64,000 bases of DNA from an uncultured Puniceicoccaceae bacterium (GTDB taxonomy: Bacteria; Verrucomicrobiota; Verrucomicrobiia; Opitutales; Oceanipulchritudinaceae): assembly GCA_963933835.1 (NCBI GenBank), contig CAWVVV010000002.1, positions 1 through 64,000 on the forward strand, given 5' to 3'. Shown piece by piece: positions 19,705 to 29,717 of this stretch. Position numbers and translations under genes: made by a program. The notes beneath the pieces are model-generated. The model was given only the letters and a program-made list of their open reading frames with translations, did no database searches and was not told where the DNA came from. Within the stretch, counting starts at the first letter, position 1. Each line of letters begins with the position of its first letter.

Positions 19705-20703
19705 ATGGCAGAGATCGGTATCTTGGGGGCAGGCTTGTCAGGCATCCTCCTCGCGCAAGCAATCCAGAAGCGCGGGGGCCGTTGCTTTCTTAGCGACGTA
19801 ACGATGGATAATGCCGCCTCTGCAATGGCTCCAGGCATCATCAACCCCCTCGCGGGACGTAAGTATAATCTCAATCCAGTCCTCAAAACTCACTACACCT
19901 CTATCCTCGATACATTTTCGGAGTTAGAAGAAATACTAAGCGCCACCCTCTGGCATGAGTTGCCTCTCATTCGTCTAATCGAAAAGCCCGAGCAGCGCTC
20001 ATACTTGCGTTTGAACGGCACCCAGTGGCAAGGCCCTGTATTGCCTCCCAGCACTTATAAAGGATCCTTCAGCGATCCTCACGGCAGCTTCACTACCCTA
20101 CGAGCAGGCTGGTTCGATGTCCCAAAGCTCACTGCATTATCCCACTCTTCAAATGCTTTTACCTTTGTTGATGCCAAGGAGCTACAGGAGCGCGCTGAAA
20201 TCATCGTCGACTGCCGCGGATGGCGCTGCAGCACCGACCCGCGCTGGCAAAACCTGCCGTGGAAATGCGCACGGGGCGAAGTTGCAGCGATTGATTTTCA
20301 AGGGCCAGGACCTGCTCGCCAGATATGGAACGGTGGTGGCTGGCTGCAACCCTTGCCCGATGGCAGCTGGAGAGCCGGAGCGACCTACTCATGGGATAAC
20401 TTCGAAGCCCCACCTGAAGCCAGCGCCTTAGACCAGCTCGCGAAGAAACTCAGGCGTTGGATCGACGTGCCTTTTGAGCTTTCCAAGCCCCAAGTCGGCA
20501 TTCGCCCGATTGTTCAAGACTTCCAACCCGTCCTTGGAGCCCTACCAGAGAACGCACACTACCACATCTTCAGTGCTCTCGGTTCTCACGGAGCCATCTA
20601 CGGGCCACCCTGCGCGGATGCCCTTGCAAAGCATATCCTAGAAAAGGAACCGCTCCCTGAAAGCTGGGATGTGCAACGCTTTGATCTCAACGCCCAGGGC
20701 TAA
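19705..20703 (+). CDS. DAO-family FAD-dependent oxidoreductase
   Basis: GAGLSG, APGIINP, RGE, GATY, GIRP, LGSHG. Confidence 0.85.
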   Translation: MAEIGILGAGLSGILLAQAIQKRGGRCFLSDVTMDNAASAMAPGIINPLAGRKYNLNPVLKTHYTSILDTFSELEEILSATLWHELPLIRLIEKPEQRSYLRLNGTQWQGPVLPPSTYKGSFSDPHGSFTTLRAGWFDVPKLTALSHSSNAFTFVDAKELQERAEIIVDCRGWRCSTDPRWQNLPWKCARGEVAAIDFQGPGPARQIWNGGGWLQPLPDGSWRAGATYSWDNFEAPPEASALDQLAKKLRRWIDVPFELSKPQVGIRPIVQDFQPVLGALPENAHYHIFSALGSHGAIYGPPCADALAKHILEKEPLPESWDVQRFDLNAQG

Positions 20704-20714
20704 ATGCTCAGCTC

Positions 20715-20750
20715 AAAAAAAAGGCCCGATCTCATTCGAGAGAACGGGCC
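20715..20750 (-). terminator. Intrinsic terminator of the redoxin gene
   Basis: ggcccg...cgggcc stem with an A8 tract (T8 on the minus strand). Confidence 0.7.
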
Positions 20751-20774
20751 GAAAGAATATGTAGAGCTGAGCGA

Positions 20775-21374
20775 CTAGTACTTCACCGAACACCCATAGG
20801 GGCGCGTGCGATCCTCAGCGACTGCTTCGCCCGCCATCGTCGAGGCGAGAGCCGTCATGACGTAATTCGTCGCGGTCGCGATATCTGCCGGATCGGCCGA
20901 CTTTTTGTCATCGATGGCACCTGCGTAGACGACGTTCCCTTCGGGATCTATGATGAAGCAGTGAGGCGTCGTGCGGGCGCTGTATGCTTTACCCGCTGAT
21001 CCATCCTCATCGAGAAGCCACGTCGAGTTGACGTTTTTCTCAGCGTAGTAAGCAATCGATGCATCTGCATCGAGGTATTCGCGATGATCCGGATTCGTAG
21101 AGTTGATCGAAAGCCATTTCACTCCCATCGCCTGCGCTTCTTCTTGGAAGGCCTGCATCGCACCCGCATTGTAGAATTTCTTCACAAAGGGGCAGCCTGG
21201 GTTGACCCACTCGAGGACGACATAGTCACCCTTCAGCGAGGAAAGACTGACTTCTTCACCAGTAGGCGTTTTGAGGGTAAAATCAGGGGCCGGTTCACCG
21301 ACCGAAATAGCCGTGGCTATCGAGGCCAAGGCGAGAAAGAGCGCGGTGCTCAAAGCATACGTTAGTTTTTTCAT
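20775..21374 (-). CDS. Secreted redoxin/thioredoxin-like (AhpC/TSA) protein
   Basis: Signal peptide MKKLTYAL..., APDFTL, LEWVNPGCPFV, TPH, YAGAIDD, YGCSVKY; true start inferred at 21374. Confidence 0.88.
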   Translation of the reverse strand: MKKLTYALSTALFLALASIATAISVGEPAPDFTLKTPTGEEVSLSSLKGDYVVLEWVNPGCPFVKKFYNAGAMQAFQEEAQAMGVKWLSINSTNPDHREYLDADASIAYYAEKNVNSTWLLDEDGSAGKAYSARTTPHCFIIDPEGNVVYAGAIDDKKSADPADIATATNYVMTALASTMAGEAVAEDRTRPYGCSVKY

Positions 21375-21492
21375 AATATGCGGTAACGCGTGAATCTGAA
21401 CAATATGGGCACAAACTGGCGACAGGCAACTGAAACGCTTTGATTTTGCCTCCAGCATTGCCAGCCGGGCGAATCCGCGCATCGTTACGATC

Positions 21493-22296
21493 ATGAAAGA
21501 CCCTGTCTGGGAGCAATTGTTCAACGAAGCCAAAGAAGCAGCAGCCCAAGAGCCGGTGCTTGAGAAGCTGTTGAACGAAAACATCCTCAGCCAAAGCAGC
21601 CTCGAGGCCGCTTTGGCGCACCGTATCTCGCATAAGTTGGGCCACAACGCCATCAGCGAGCCTGAACTGCATTCGCTTTTCGATGACGTCCTCGCGGCAG
21701 ATTCGACGATCACAGAATGCGCTCGCCGCGATATTCTCGCGATCAATGACCGAGATCCAGCTGCCCGCGGTTTCCTTTCCCCGTTTCTCCATTACAAGGG
21801 TTTCCAGGCGCTTACGGCCTACCGCGTTGCGCACTCTCTTTGGAAAAGTGATCGCCGATCTCTGGCGCGCTACCTCCAAAGCAGCATCTCCCAAGTCTTC
21901 GGCGTCGATATCCATCCAGCGGCCCAGATCGGCTCAGGCATCCTCTTGGACCATGCGACGGGCATCGTCATCGGCGAAACCGCCATCGTCGAGGACCACG
22001 TCTCGATGCTCCACGAAGTGACGCTGGGAGGAACCGGTAAAGCCCGCGGTGAGCGGCATCCGAAAGTGCGCCGCGGAGTCCTCATCGGTGCCGGTGCCAA
22101 GCTACTCGGGAACATCGAGGTTGGCGAATGCGCTAAGGTCGGGGCTGGTAGTGTCGTCCTAGCCAACGTCCCCGCCCACACCACTGTTGTCGGTGTCCCA
22201 GCTCGCGTCGTCGGCGCTGCCCCAGAAGATCCTGCTGGCTGTATGGAACATGCGCTCAAGCGCTACGCCGAATCAGCGCAGCCTGATTGGAAATAG
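21493..22296 (+). CDS. cysE: Serine O-acetyltransferase
   Basis: DRDPA, VDIHPAA, DHATGIVIGET, hexapeptide repeats. Confidence 0.96.
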   Translation: MKDPVWEQLFNEAKEAAAQEPVLEKLLNENILSQSSLEAALAHRISHKLGHNAISEPELHSLFDDVLAADSTITECARRDILAINDRDPAARGFLSPFLHYKGFQALTAYRVAHSLWKSDRRSLARYLQSSISQVFGVDIHPAAQIGSGILLDHATGIVIGETAIVEDHVSMLHEVTLGGTGKARGERHPKVRRGVLIGAGAKLLGNIEVGECAKVGAGSVVLANVPAHTTVVGVPARVVGAAPEDPAGCMEHALKRYAESAQPDWK

Positions 22297-22325
22297 AGCC
22301 TATACCGGCTGACGAAAGAACACCG

Positions 22326-22817
22326 ATGTTTGTCATCGAAACGGTTTACTCAGAACCGGAAATGACCCGTGCCCAGAACTGGCATTGGAAAAAATACAGG
22401 ATGCTTCAACACTGGTGGACGATCGGCGGAGCCCTCGCGGTGGTGATCGGACTCGCCTATGCCACCGTTAATTTTGCCCTCGGAGGTTTGCTCATGGTCT
22501 ACGGCGGCTACTGCCTGCTCAGAAAGCGAATGCTCGGTAGTCAGTTTCTCAAAAGCATCCGGAGTTCTCCTGATCTCGGAAAAACCTTGAGGTGGACTGT
22601 TTCCGAAGAACGCATCGTGCAAGAAATTGGCGAATCTGCAGCCCAGATCAGTTGGACCTCAATTCTTCAAAGTATTATCACACCCGACGGCATTCTCGTC
22701 TACACCCAGAAAAACGTCTACTTTTGGATACCGACTGACTGCCTCGAAGGAACGCCGGAAAAAGCCGCATTGAATAAGCTCGTAGAGTTCAAGACGCGGT
22801 CAAAAAAGCTGTCCTAG
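22326..22817 (+). CDS. YcxB-like membrane protein
   Basis: Two TM helices plus C-terminal ISW...WIP pattern. Confidence 0.65.
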   Translation: MFVIETVYSEPEMTRAQNWHWKKYRMLQHWWTIGGALAVVIGLAYATVNFALGGLLMVYGGYCLLRKRMLGSQFLKSIRSSPDLGKTLRWTVSEERIVQEIGESAAQISWTSILQSIITPDGILVYTQKNVYFWIPTDCLEGTPEKAALNKLVEFKTRSKKLS

Positions 22818-22830
22818 AAATGCACTCATG

Positions 22831-22859
22831 AAAAAGCCCCGGGCAACTAAGCCCGGGGC
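22831..22859 (-). terminator. Intrinsic terminator after nrdA
   Basis: gccccgggc-aactaa-gcccggggc with an A5 tract. Confidence 0.85.
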
Positions 22860-22911
22860 AGTGAACAACAGGTTGCCGAAGCAACTTACTTATCGCAGAA
22901 ATCGTAGGCGA

Positions 22912-25900
22912 CTACTGGCAGGCCTCACACTCTTCGCCGTTGCGCATCGCTTCAATCGAGCAGGCCTTCACCTCTGCTTCGGTGTATTCGCGTTTTGCTC
23001 CAGAGACTTCACCTTCCTTCTTCAGCGAGACGGTTGCCTTCTCAATATTAGAGGCCCCGAGTGTGCGCAGGTAGTAGGTCGTCTTCAAACCTTGGCGCCA
23101 CGCTGCACGATACATGTGGCTGAGGGCCTTGAGGTTCGGTGTCGCGAGCCACAGATTGACCGACTGTGATTGATCGATCCACTTTTGGCGACGAGCGGCC
23201 GCTCGAATAACCCACTCAAAATCAACCTCGAAGGACGTCTGATACCGGGCACGAATGTCGTCCGGAATACCGTCGATCTTAGTGAGATCACCATCGAAGT
23301 ATTTGAGCGCGTCACGGATATCATCCGTCCAGAGCTGGCGCTGCTTGAGCTCTTTCACGAGGTAGGCATTCAGGACGATGAATTCACCGCTGAGGTTGCT
23401 CTTCACAAAGAGGTTTTTGTAGGTCGGCTCGATGCATGGGCTTGATCCCATGATGTTTGAGATCGTCGCGGTCGGAGCGATGGCGAGCACGTTGGAGTTG
23501 CGCATGCCTTGCTTGGCAATTTTGTCGCGAACCTTCTGCCAGTCCATCTGACCCCCTCGGGCCACTTCGACTTTAACACCACGCTCTTTTTCGAGAAGCT
23601 CGAGTGTATCTGGCGGTAGGAGACCACGGGACCATTTGGACCCTTCGTAGGTCTGATAGGTGCCGCGCTCACCAGCGAGGTCACTCGAAGCCTCGTAGGC
23701 GTAGTAGGCAATCGCCTCCATGAATTCGTCATTGAATTCGACGGCCTCATCGCTTGCGAAAGAGGTGCCGCGCTTGAAGAGGGCATTTTGCAGACCCATG
23801 ATGCCGAGCCCAACGGGGCGGTGACGGCTGTTTGCTGTCTTCGCTGGTTCGGTTGGGTAGAAGTTGATGTCGATCACGTTGTCGAGCGCCCGCACCGCGA
23901 TGCGGATCGTTTCGCGCAATTTATCGCGGTCGATCTCACCGTCAGCCTTAAGGTGGTTTTCGAGGACGACGGAGCCGAGGTTACAGACGGCAGTTTCGTC
24001 TTCTCCAGTGTTGAGCGTGATCTCAGTGCAGAGATTCGAACTGTGAATGACACCCGTGTGATCCTGTGGGCTACGGATGTTGCAAGGATCCTTAAAGGTG
24101 ATCCACGGGTGACCGGTCTCGAAGAGCATCTTAAGCATCTTCTTCCAAAGATCGATCGCAGGTGTCTTTTGGCTCCAGATCTTTCCGTCTTCGGCCATCT
24201 GCTCGTATTCCTCGTAGCGCTTTTCGAAGGCTTGGCCGTAGAGGTCGTGTAGGTCGGGCACTTCGTTACTACGGAAGAATGACCATTCACCACGCGATTC
24301 CATCCGCTTCATAAAGAGGTCTGGAATCCAATTGGCCGTATTCATATCGTGAGTACGACGGCGGTCGTCTCCGGTGTTTTTCCGGAGGTCGAGGAAATCG
24401 ATGAGGTCGTTGTGCCAAGTTTCCAGATACGCACAGCCGGAGCCACGGCGCTTGCCACCTTGGTTGACGGCAACGAGCTGGTCGTTGTGCATTTTGAGGA
24501 ACGGGACGACCCCCTGGCTTTCGCCGTTGGTGCCTTTAATGTAACTGCCCGTGCCACGAACCGATGTCCATGAGCCACCCAGACCACCCGCCCACTTACT
24601 CAGGAACGCATTCTCTGCGATTCCGCGGTGCATGATGCTCTCGATGCTGTCGTCGATCTTGTAGAGATAGCAGCTGGAGAGCTGGCTGTGAGTCGTGCCG
24701 GAATTGAAGAGCGTCGGTGTGCTAGAACAGAAACGGCGACCCTTGTAGAGGTTGTAGAGCTTGATGACCCAGCTTCCCGCATCCTTTTCCTCGCGGAGAA
24801 AGAGCCCCATCGCGACACGCATCCAGAAAAACTGGGGCACCTCAAGACGACGGTTTGACTTCGCCGTTTTGTCCACGATGAGGTAGCGATCATAGAGCGT
24901 CTGCACGCCAAGGTAATCGAAGTCCCAGTCTGCGCCCGGATCGAGGGCATCGGCGAGACGATCGAAATCGTAGCGCTTGAGCAGCTCGGGGTTGAGGCGA
25001 TCAATTTCAACTCCACGTTGAAGGTATTTTTTAAAGGCGCGCTGGTGGCACTCTTTGATTTTCCCGATGCCATCTTTGACGACGTCCCAATCGAGCACCT
25101 CTTCATATATGTAGGTGAGGAGGATGCGGCCGGCAAATTTAGCAAAGTCCGCGTCACGTTCGATCAAGCTCTTGGCATTGAGGATGATTGTGCGGTCGAG
25201 ATCGCTTTCATTCATCTCACTGAAAATAGAGCGGCGCAGCTCGGCTTCGATTTCTTCAACCGTGAGATTAAGTTCGAGACCAATGATGGCGTATTCGATC
25301 CGACGCTTGAGGTCGACACCGTCCCAAAACTCGGTCGAGCCGTCTTCCTTGGTGATCAGGGTCATGCTCTCCTGCCGGTCATCAGCAAGATTATCGAGCG
25401 CATCTTGGGCGCGGAGATGACGGCGGTGGGCGCGGTAAAGAATGTAGGCCTCGGCAACTTTGAACTGAGCCTGACGCATGAGCTCTTCCTGAACGAGATC
25501 CTGAACGTCTTCGATATGGATACGCACAGAGTTAAGCGCGCGAACGCGCTCGGTCACAGCATTGGCGATCGAGACGGCTGGCTCGGAGTCGATACCATGA
25601 GTGAGGAAGGCTTTGCGCACCGCAACTTCGACCTTGTTCGGATCCCAGTCGACCTCGTGGTTGTTGCGGCGAATGATTCTTACGTTAAGCGGAAGAACAG
25701 CTGGGTCGCGGTCAGCATGACGGAGGAGGAGGAGACTTCTCGCTACATCGTGCGCGTTGTTCTCAATGAGTGTTTTTTCGATGAGGAGATTAATCTCCCG
25801 ATTGCTCAGGGTGAGGGGCTGTCCCGCATCGGTGAGAGAACGGAGGCGATTGTAAACAGCACGCGCCACGTCTGAGACAAAGGCCCGGTTTTTGTCTGAG

Positions 25901-26178
25901 TAAATCTGACCTTCGTCTTCGTCGCGAGAGAGGATGAGGTTCGTCAGGGCGGCACCAACAACTTCAGCAACCTCGGTCGCATTAAAGCTCCGGACGTTGC
26001 CTTCGGTATCCACTTTGATGTTTTCAGAGGGGCTGGAGGCGAGCTCTTCCGAGCCGATCACATCTGCCCAATCGAAACGAGGTTTCGATTCCGCGGGCAT
26101 GGAGGCGTAGCGCTTGAGCGCAAGGTCTTCGTCGTAAGGTTGGTGGTTCAAAATTGTTGGGCGCATGGCAGCGGACAT
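22912..26178 (-). CDS. nrdA: Class I ribonucleotide reductase alpha subunit with multiple ATP cones
   Basis: TPTLFNSG, SSCY, SNLCTEI, VCNLGS, APTATIS, KTTYY, C-terminal CEACQ. Confidence 0.96.
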   Translation of the reverse strand: MSAAMRPTILNHQPYDEDLALKRYASMPAESKPRFDWADVIGSEELASSPSENIKVDTEGNVRSFNATEVAEVVGAALTNLILSRDEDEGQIYSDKNRAFVSDVARAVYNRLRSLTDAGQPLTLSNREINLLIEKTLIENNAHDVARSLLLLRHADRDPAVLPLNVRIIRRNNHEVDWDPNKVEVAVRKAFLTHGIDSEPAVSIANAVTERVRALNSVRIHIEDVQDLVQEELMRQAQFKVAEAYILYRAHRRHLRAQDALDNLADDRQESMTLITKEDGSTEFWDGVDLKRRIEYAIIGLELNLTVEEIEAELRRSIFSEMNESDLDRTIILNAKSLIERDADFAKFAGRILLTYIYEEVLDWDVVKDGIGKIKECHQRAFKKYLQRGVEIDRLNPELLKRYDFDRLADALDPGADWDFDYLGVQTLYDRYLIVDKTAKSNRRLEVPQFFWMRVAMGLFLREEKDAGSWVIKLYNLYKGRRFCSSTPTLFNSGTTHSQLSSCYLYKIDDSIESIMHRGIAENAFLSKWAGGLGGSWTSVRGTGSYIKGTNGESQGVVPFLKMHNDQLVAVNQGGKRRGSGCAYLETWHNDLIDFLDLRKNTGDDRRRTHDMNTANWIPDLFMKRMESRGEWSFFRSNEVPDLHDLYGQAFEKRYEEYEQMAEDGKIWSQKTPAIDLWKKMLKMLFETGHPWITFKDPCNIRSPQDHTGVIHSSNLCTEITLNTGEDETAVCNLGSVVLENHLKADGEIDRDKLRETIRIAVRALDNVIDINFYPTEPAKTANSRHRPVGLGIMGLQNALFKRGTSFASDEAVEFNDEFMEAIAYYAYEASSDLAGERGTYQTYEGSKWSRGLLPPDTLELLEKERGVKVEVARGGQMDWQKVRDKIAKQGMRNSNVLAIAPTATISNIMGSSPCIEPTYKNLFVKSNLSGEFIVLNAYLVKELKQRQLWTDDIRDALKYFDGDLTKIDGIPDDIRARYQTSFEVDFEWVIRAAARRQKWIDQSQSVNLWLATPNLKALSHMYRAAWRQGLKTTYYLRTLGASNIEKATVSLKKEGEVSGAKREYTEAEVKACSIEAMRNGEECEACQ

Positions 26179-26343
26179 AATCTAATCTTTAAGCAGGTTA
26201 AGAAGCGAGGAGGGGTAGCAATAAGACAATGGATGGACCCCAAAAGGGCACCATAGGGGGCAACGAACTTGCCCGATCTAAAATCGGGGGCCGGACACAA
26301 AAACGCTGAGTGGACTCAGGTGGCTATAAAGTGGTGACAAATC

Positions 26344-27435
26344 CTAGAGCTCGTCGTCATCCACGGCTTCGAGTGCGCTGGTCTTTTGATACTCAGTAAC
26401 CCGGCCTTCGAAAAAGTTTTGTTCCTTCTTGATGTCCATCATTTCTGCCAACCATGGAAGTGGATTTTTCACTCCTGGACTGATTGGGAGGAGACCCACG
26501 CTTTCGAGGCGACGGTCGGCGATGAAATCAATGTATTGGGAAAATTCGTCTTTGCTCAGTCCAAGTGCGTTGACCGGCAAGCAGTCCGCAATGAAGGCTT
26601 TCTCAAGTGCCACCCCTTCTTTCATCGTATCGACGAGGTCACTTTGGAACTCAGGGGTCCAGATATCTCCATTTTCCTCGATGAGGTCCAAGAAGAGGTG
26701 TTTGAAAACCGAGATGTGGTTGGATTCGTCCCGCAAAGTGTAGCGGAACATCTGCCCAATACCCGGGAACTTGTTCTGACGATAGAGGCTAAGAACCATG
26801 CCAAAAAGACCGTAGAACTGGGTGCCTTCCATCACTTGGCCGAAGATAAAAATGTTCTTCGCGAGCGCCTGCTTGTTTTCGAGCTTGGTGAGGTCGAGGT
26901 CGCGGCGCATTGCGCGGGAATTGGACACGACGAAGTTGGCCTTCCGCTTGATCGTCTCTACGTCTTCAAACATCGCCTCACAGTCGTGGGGATTGATGCC
27001 GAGGCTGGAGAGCATGTAAACGAGGCTGTCAGCGTGGATATTCTCCTCATGGGCATGACGACCCAATACGAGCTTGAGCTCGGGTGCCGTTACGACCTCT
27101 CGGGTCACGTGCAAAACATTGTCGCCGACGATACCTTCCGCAGCGCTGAAATAACCGATCGCCATACGGATGATCCAGCGATCGATGTCAGCTATCTCGC
27201 CCGTCGTGTCGCGCCACTGCTCGACGTCTTTTTGCATCGGAATGTCCTCCGGCTCCCAATGGTTAGCCTTCATCGCTTGGTAATGCTCGTAAGCCCAGTT
27301 ATACTTAAGCGGGAGGATGTTAAAAAACATCGTATCACGACCATTGATTACGCTCTTGGCCGCAAAGGCTTGTTCAGCCTTAGCACTATCTAGAACAAAG
27401 GTTTTTCCCCCTATTTTGTAGGTGGTTGTTTCCAT
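26344..27435 (-). CDS. nrdB: Ribonucleotide reductase beta subunit, class Ic (R2c)-like
   Basis: AAEGIV, EENIHADSL, MEGTQFY, RDESNH, NFFEGRVTEYQ. Confidence 0.93.
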   Translation of the reverse strand: METTTYKIGGKTFVLDSAKAEQAFAAKSVINGRDTMFFNILPLKYNWAYEHYQAMKANHWEPEDIPMQKDVEQWRDTTGEIADIDRWIIRMAIGYFSAAEGIVGDNVLHVTREVVTAPELKLVLGRHAHEENIHADSLVYMLSSLGINPHDCEAMFEDVETIKRKANFVVSNSRAMRRDLDLTKLENKQALAKNIFIFGQVMEGTQFYGLFGMVLSLYRQNKFPGIGQMFRYTLRDESNHISVFKHLFLDLIEENGDIWTPEFQSDLVDTMKEGVALEKAFIADCLPVNALGLSKDEFSQYIDFIADRRLESVGLLPISPGVKNPLPWLAEMMDIKKEQNFFEGRVTEYQKTSALEAVDDDEL

Positions 27436-27521
27436 GAAAACGAAGACGATCGAAAGGATTAAAAAGGCAGGGTAAGGGGACGCAGGCGAATGGAGGCTTT
27501 TGTGGGCTTCGTTTTCGACAC

Positions 27522-27569
27522 CCACTAGATGTGGTGCGCACTACAAAGACAAGACACTAGATGTAGTGT
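27522..27569. promoter_or_regulatory. Tandem NrdR boxes upstream of nrdBA
   Basis: ccactagatgtggtgc (27522) and acactagatgtagtgt (27554) match acaCwAtATaTwGtgt and lie 32 bp apart. Confidence 0.88.
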
Positions 27570-27984
27570 CAATGGGTTTTCAAACAATTAGAAAAGATTC
27601 GTCAATCCGGTGATGAGCCTAGCTAAAGAAAAGCAAAACAGAGTGGGTTCGACAAGGGTGAGATGTTAATAGTTTTGCCCCTTTCTATTCACCCTGAAAG
27701 CGAAAGCCAAACCACTGATAGACGGGGGCTTAGGAATGCCCTTTCAGGTTATCCACAACACCATCGGCAGGCACTCCGTAGCGTTCGCCTGCATCCGTTT
27801 AGATGACTGTAGAGAAAGCATCGAAATCCTAGATGAGCCAAGCGGGCAATGCCTCCTCAGCGCTCTACCCTTGTGCCGAGCTAAACTGCGGTCTTTTCTC
27901 TCAGGTCGTGGACGCGAAACCTTCACCCTCGAAAGCGGTTTACTTGATGGAATCTGCATGCAGATTAGCTCAAAAGCTCCGGAA

Positions 27985-28536
27985 ATGACCGACCCCCAAA
28001 GCACACTAGAAGACGAAGAACTCATGCTCCGGGTCGGACGCGGCGAAGAGAAAAGCCTAGCCCTGCTTATCGAGCGCTGGCAGACGCCAATGCTAAACTT
28101 CTTTTACCGCTCTACACAAGACTACGGGCGTGCCGAGGATCTGACTCAGACAGTCTTCATCAGGCTTTTTCGTGCCGCTGAACGCTACCAGCCCACGGCG
28201 AAATTCAGCACCTATATCTTTCACATCGCACGGCGGCTGCTGATTAATGATTACGAGAAGTCAAAGCGAAGACCTGCCGATGCGACTGACCCGCACGGCC
28301 TGCATGCGGTCGACGCCGGCGATACGGAACGGAAGCTGAATGAGTTGGAGGAGATTTTCCAAAACGGACTCAAGGACCTTCCCGAAAACCAGCGCACCGC
28401 CATCTTGCTCCTCAAACAACAAGAGCTGAGCTACGCCGAAATCGCCGCGGTCATGAGCTCAAGCGAAAGCGCGGTTAAAACGTGGATTTTCCGAGCCCGC
28501 CAACATTTGAAACAAGTTCTTAATTCTACGGTTTAA
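27985..28536 (+). CDS. ECF RNA polymerase sigma-70 factor
   Basis: DEELM, AEDLTQTVF, FSTYIFHIA, LSYAEIA...VKTWIFRAR. Confidence 0.93.
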   Translation: MTDPQSTLEDEELMLRVGRGEEKSLALLIERWQTPMLNFFYRSTQDYGRAEDLTQTVFIRLFRAAERYQPTAKFSTYIFHIARRLLINDYEKSKRRPADATDPHGLHAVDAGDTERKLNELEEIFQNGLKDLPENQRTAILLLKQQELSYAEIAAVMSSSESAVKTWIFRARQHLKQVLNSTV

Positions 28537-28558
28537 CTATAGTGACCCCACTCACCCG

Positions 28559-29038
28559 ATGACCGATTCCATAGATCCGCTTGATAGACAGCTCAAACCT
28601 AAGCTCGAGCCGCGTAGGGATCTCACGGCAGAGATTTTCAAGCGGATCGATCATGACAAGGCCACTGGGGCAGAGGATTCAGACCGGTTAGAAGAGACCC
28701 TTGAAACGCTTCTGCGGGCATGGCCTGTAGGTCCGCGAAAGACGTTTGCAGAGGAGACGCTCGCGCTGTCTTACACCTCCGAGACGGCCCAAGTGATTAA
28801 CTGGCGAGGCTTTGCTCAGACAGCAGCTCTCCTCGCGGCCTGCCTCGCGGTTGCGTTTGTCCTTCCGACAGGCACTGACACCACGCCGACAAACGCCGTA
28901 CAAGCTGCAGTCGTTGAGACAAACCCGATCGATGAGGAAATTGCCATGCTCCTAGCGCTCGCTGACGGGCTCCCTCAAAATACACGTTGGCTACTCGACG
29001 AAGCGCCCCTCCTTACCCTCGTTTCCGAACGCCGATGA
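28559..29038 (+). CDS. Putative single-pass anti-sigma factor
   Basis: Directly downstream of the ECF gene; one TM segment (AALLAACLAVAFVL). Confidence 0.55.
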   Translation: MTDSIDPLDRQLKPKLEPRRDLTAEIFKRIDHDKATGAEDSDRLEETLETLLRAWPVGPRKTFAEETLALSYTSETAQVINWRGFAQTAALLAACLAVAFVLPTGTDTTPTNAVQAAVVETNPIDEEIAMLLALADGLPQNTRWLLDEAPLLTLVSERR

Positions 29039-29631
29039 AACGATTTCAACACCTATCCATCATTGCCATTTCGATGGTGTTTTTGGCCACTAGCTCCGCC
29101 TCCGCACCTACCGCAGAAGCGGCGACCCCCCCACCTAACCTTCCAACTTCCGAAGAGCTCGCCGCTGCCAGGCCCAAGGCACCACCGCCGACCCCTCCTC
29201 CATCAGAGACACCAGACAGTGCCCCGCTTATGGAGCATCTGAAACTCCTCAGCGAATTTCTCGAACTCTCGCCCGAGAAGCTCGAGAATATTCGCAAGAC
29301 CATCCTCGTGATTGAAGGCCTCGACGAGGCTGAGCGCACCCGACTCCGAGAGAACCTCAAGCGCGCTCAACTCGATCTCGAAAACACCGGAGATAAAATC
29401 GGGGACCTCGCCGCTGAGCTCTCACCGCCCGAAGTCAAAACTTTCAAACGCTACTGGCTCAGCCTCGCACCACCTCAACGCAAAACTATCGAGGTCGAGC
29501 TCGCGGGCTTAGATAAAGAAGGGAAAGCCGAGGCGCTCCGGCAGCATATTACCGCTTTCGCCAAACAAGAAGCACGCTGGCTGAAAGCATTTCGGTCAAA
29601 GTCTAGCCGTCCTCGCTCACCCATCGACTGA
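29035..29631 (+). CDS. Exported helical protein (DUF3106-like)
   Basis: Signal peptide, Pro-rich linker, repeated L(S/A)PxxR/K helices; ATGA overlap with the previous gene. Confidence 0.5.
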   Translation: MKRFQHLSIIAISMVFLATSSASAPTAEAATPPPNLPTSEELAAARPKAPPPTPPPSETPDSAPLMEHLKLLSEFLELSPEKLENIRKTILVIEGLDEAERTRLRENLKRAQLDLENTGDKIGDLAAELSPPEVKTFKRYWLSLAPPQRKTIEVELAGLDKEGKAEALRQHITAFAKQEARWLKAFRSKSSRPRSPID

Positions 29632-29642
29632 TTTTTGATCGT

Positions 29643-29657
29643 TTGACAGAACAGTCA
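29643..29657. promoter_or_regulatory. Candidate TetR operator overlapping a -35 element
   Basis: TGAC-AGAACA-GTCA inverted repeat overlapping TTGACA about 65 bp upstream of tetR. Confidence 0.5.
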
Positions 29658-29717
29658 TTAAGGGCAAAGTCGCCGCATTCGAAATAGAATAACTCATTCG
29701 AGGTCGACCGTAGTTGA

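Noticed and set aside
21375..21746. N-terminal extension of the 323-aa redoxin ORF
   Set aside because: It overlaps cysE on the opposite strand; the signal peptide begins at 21374.
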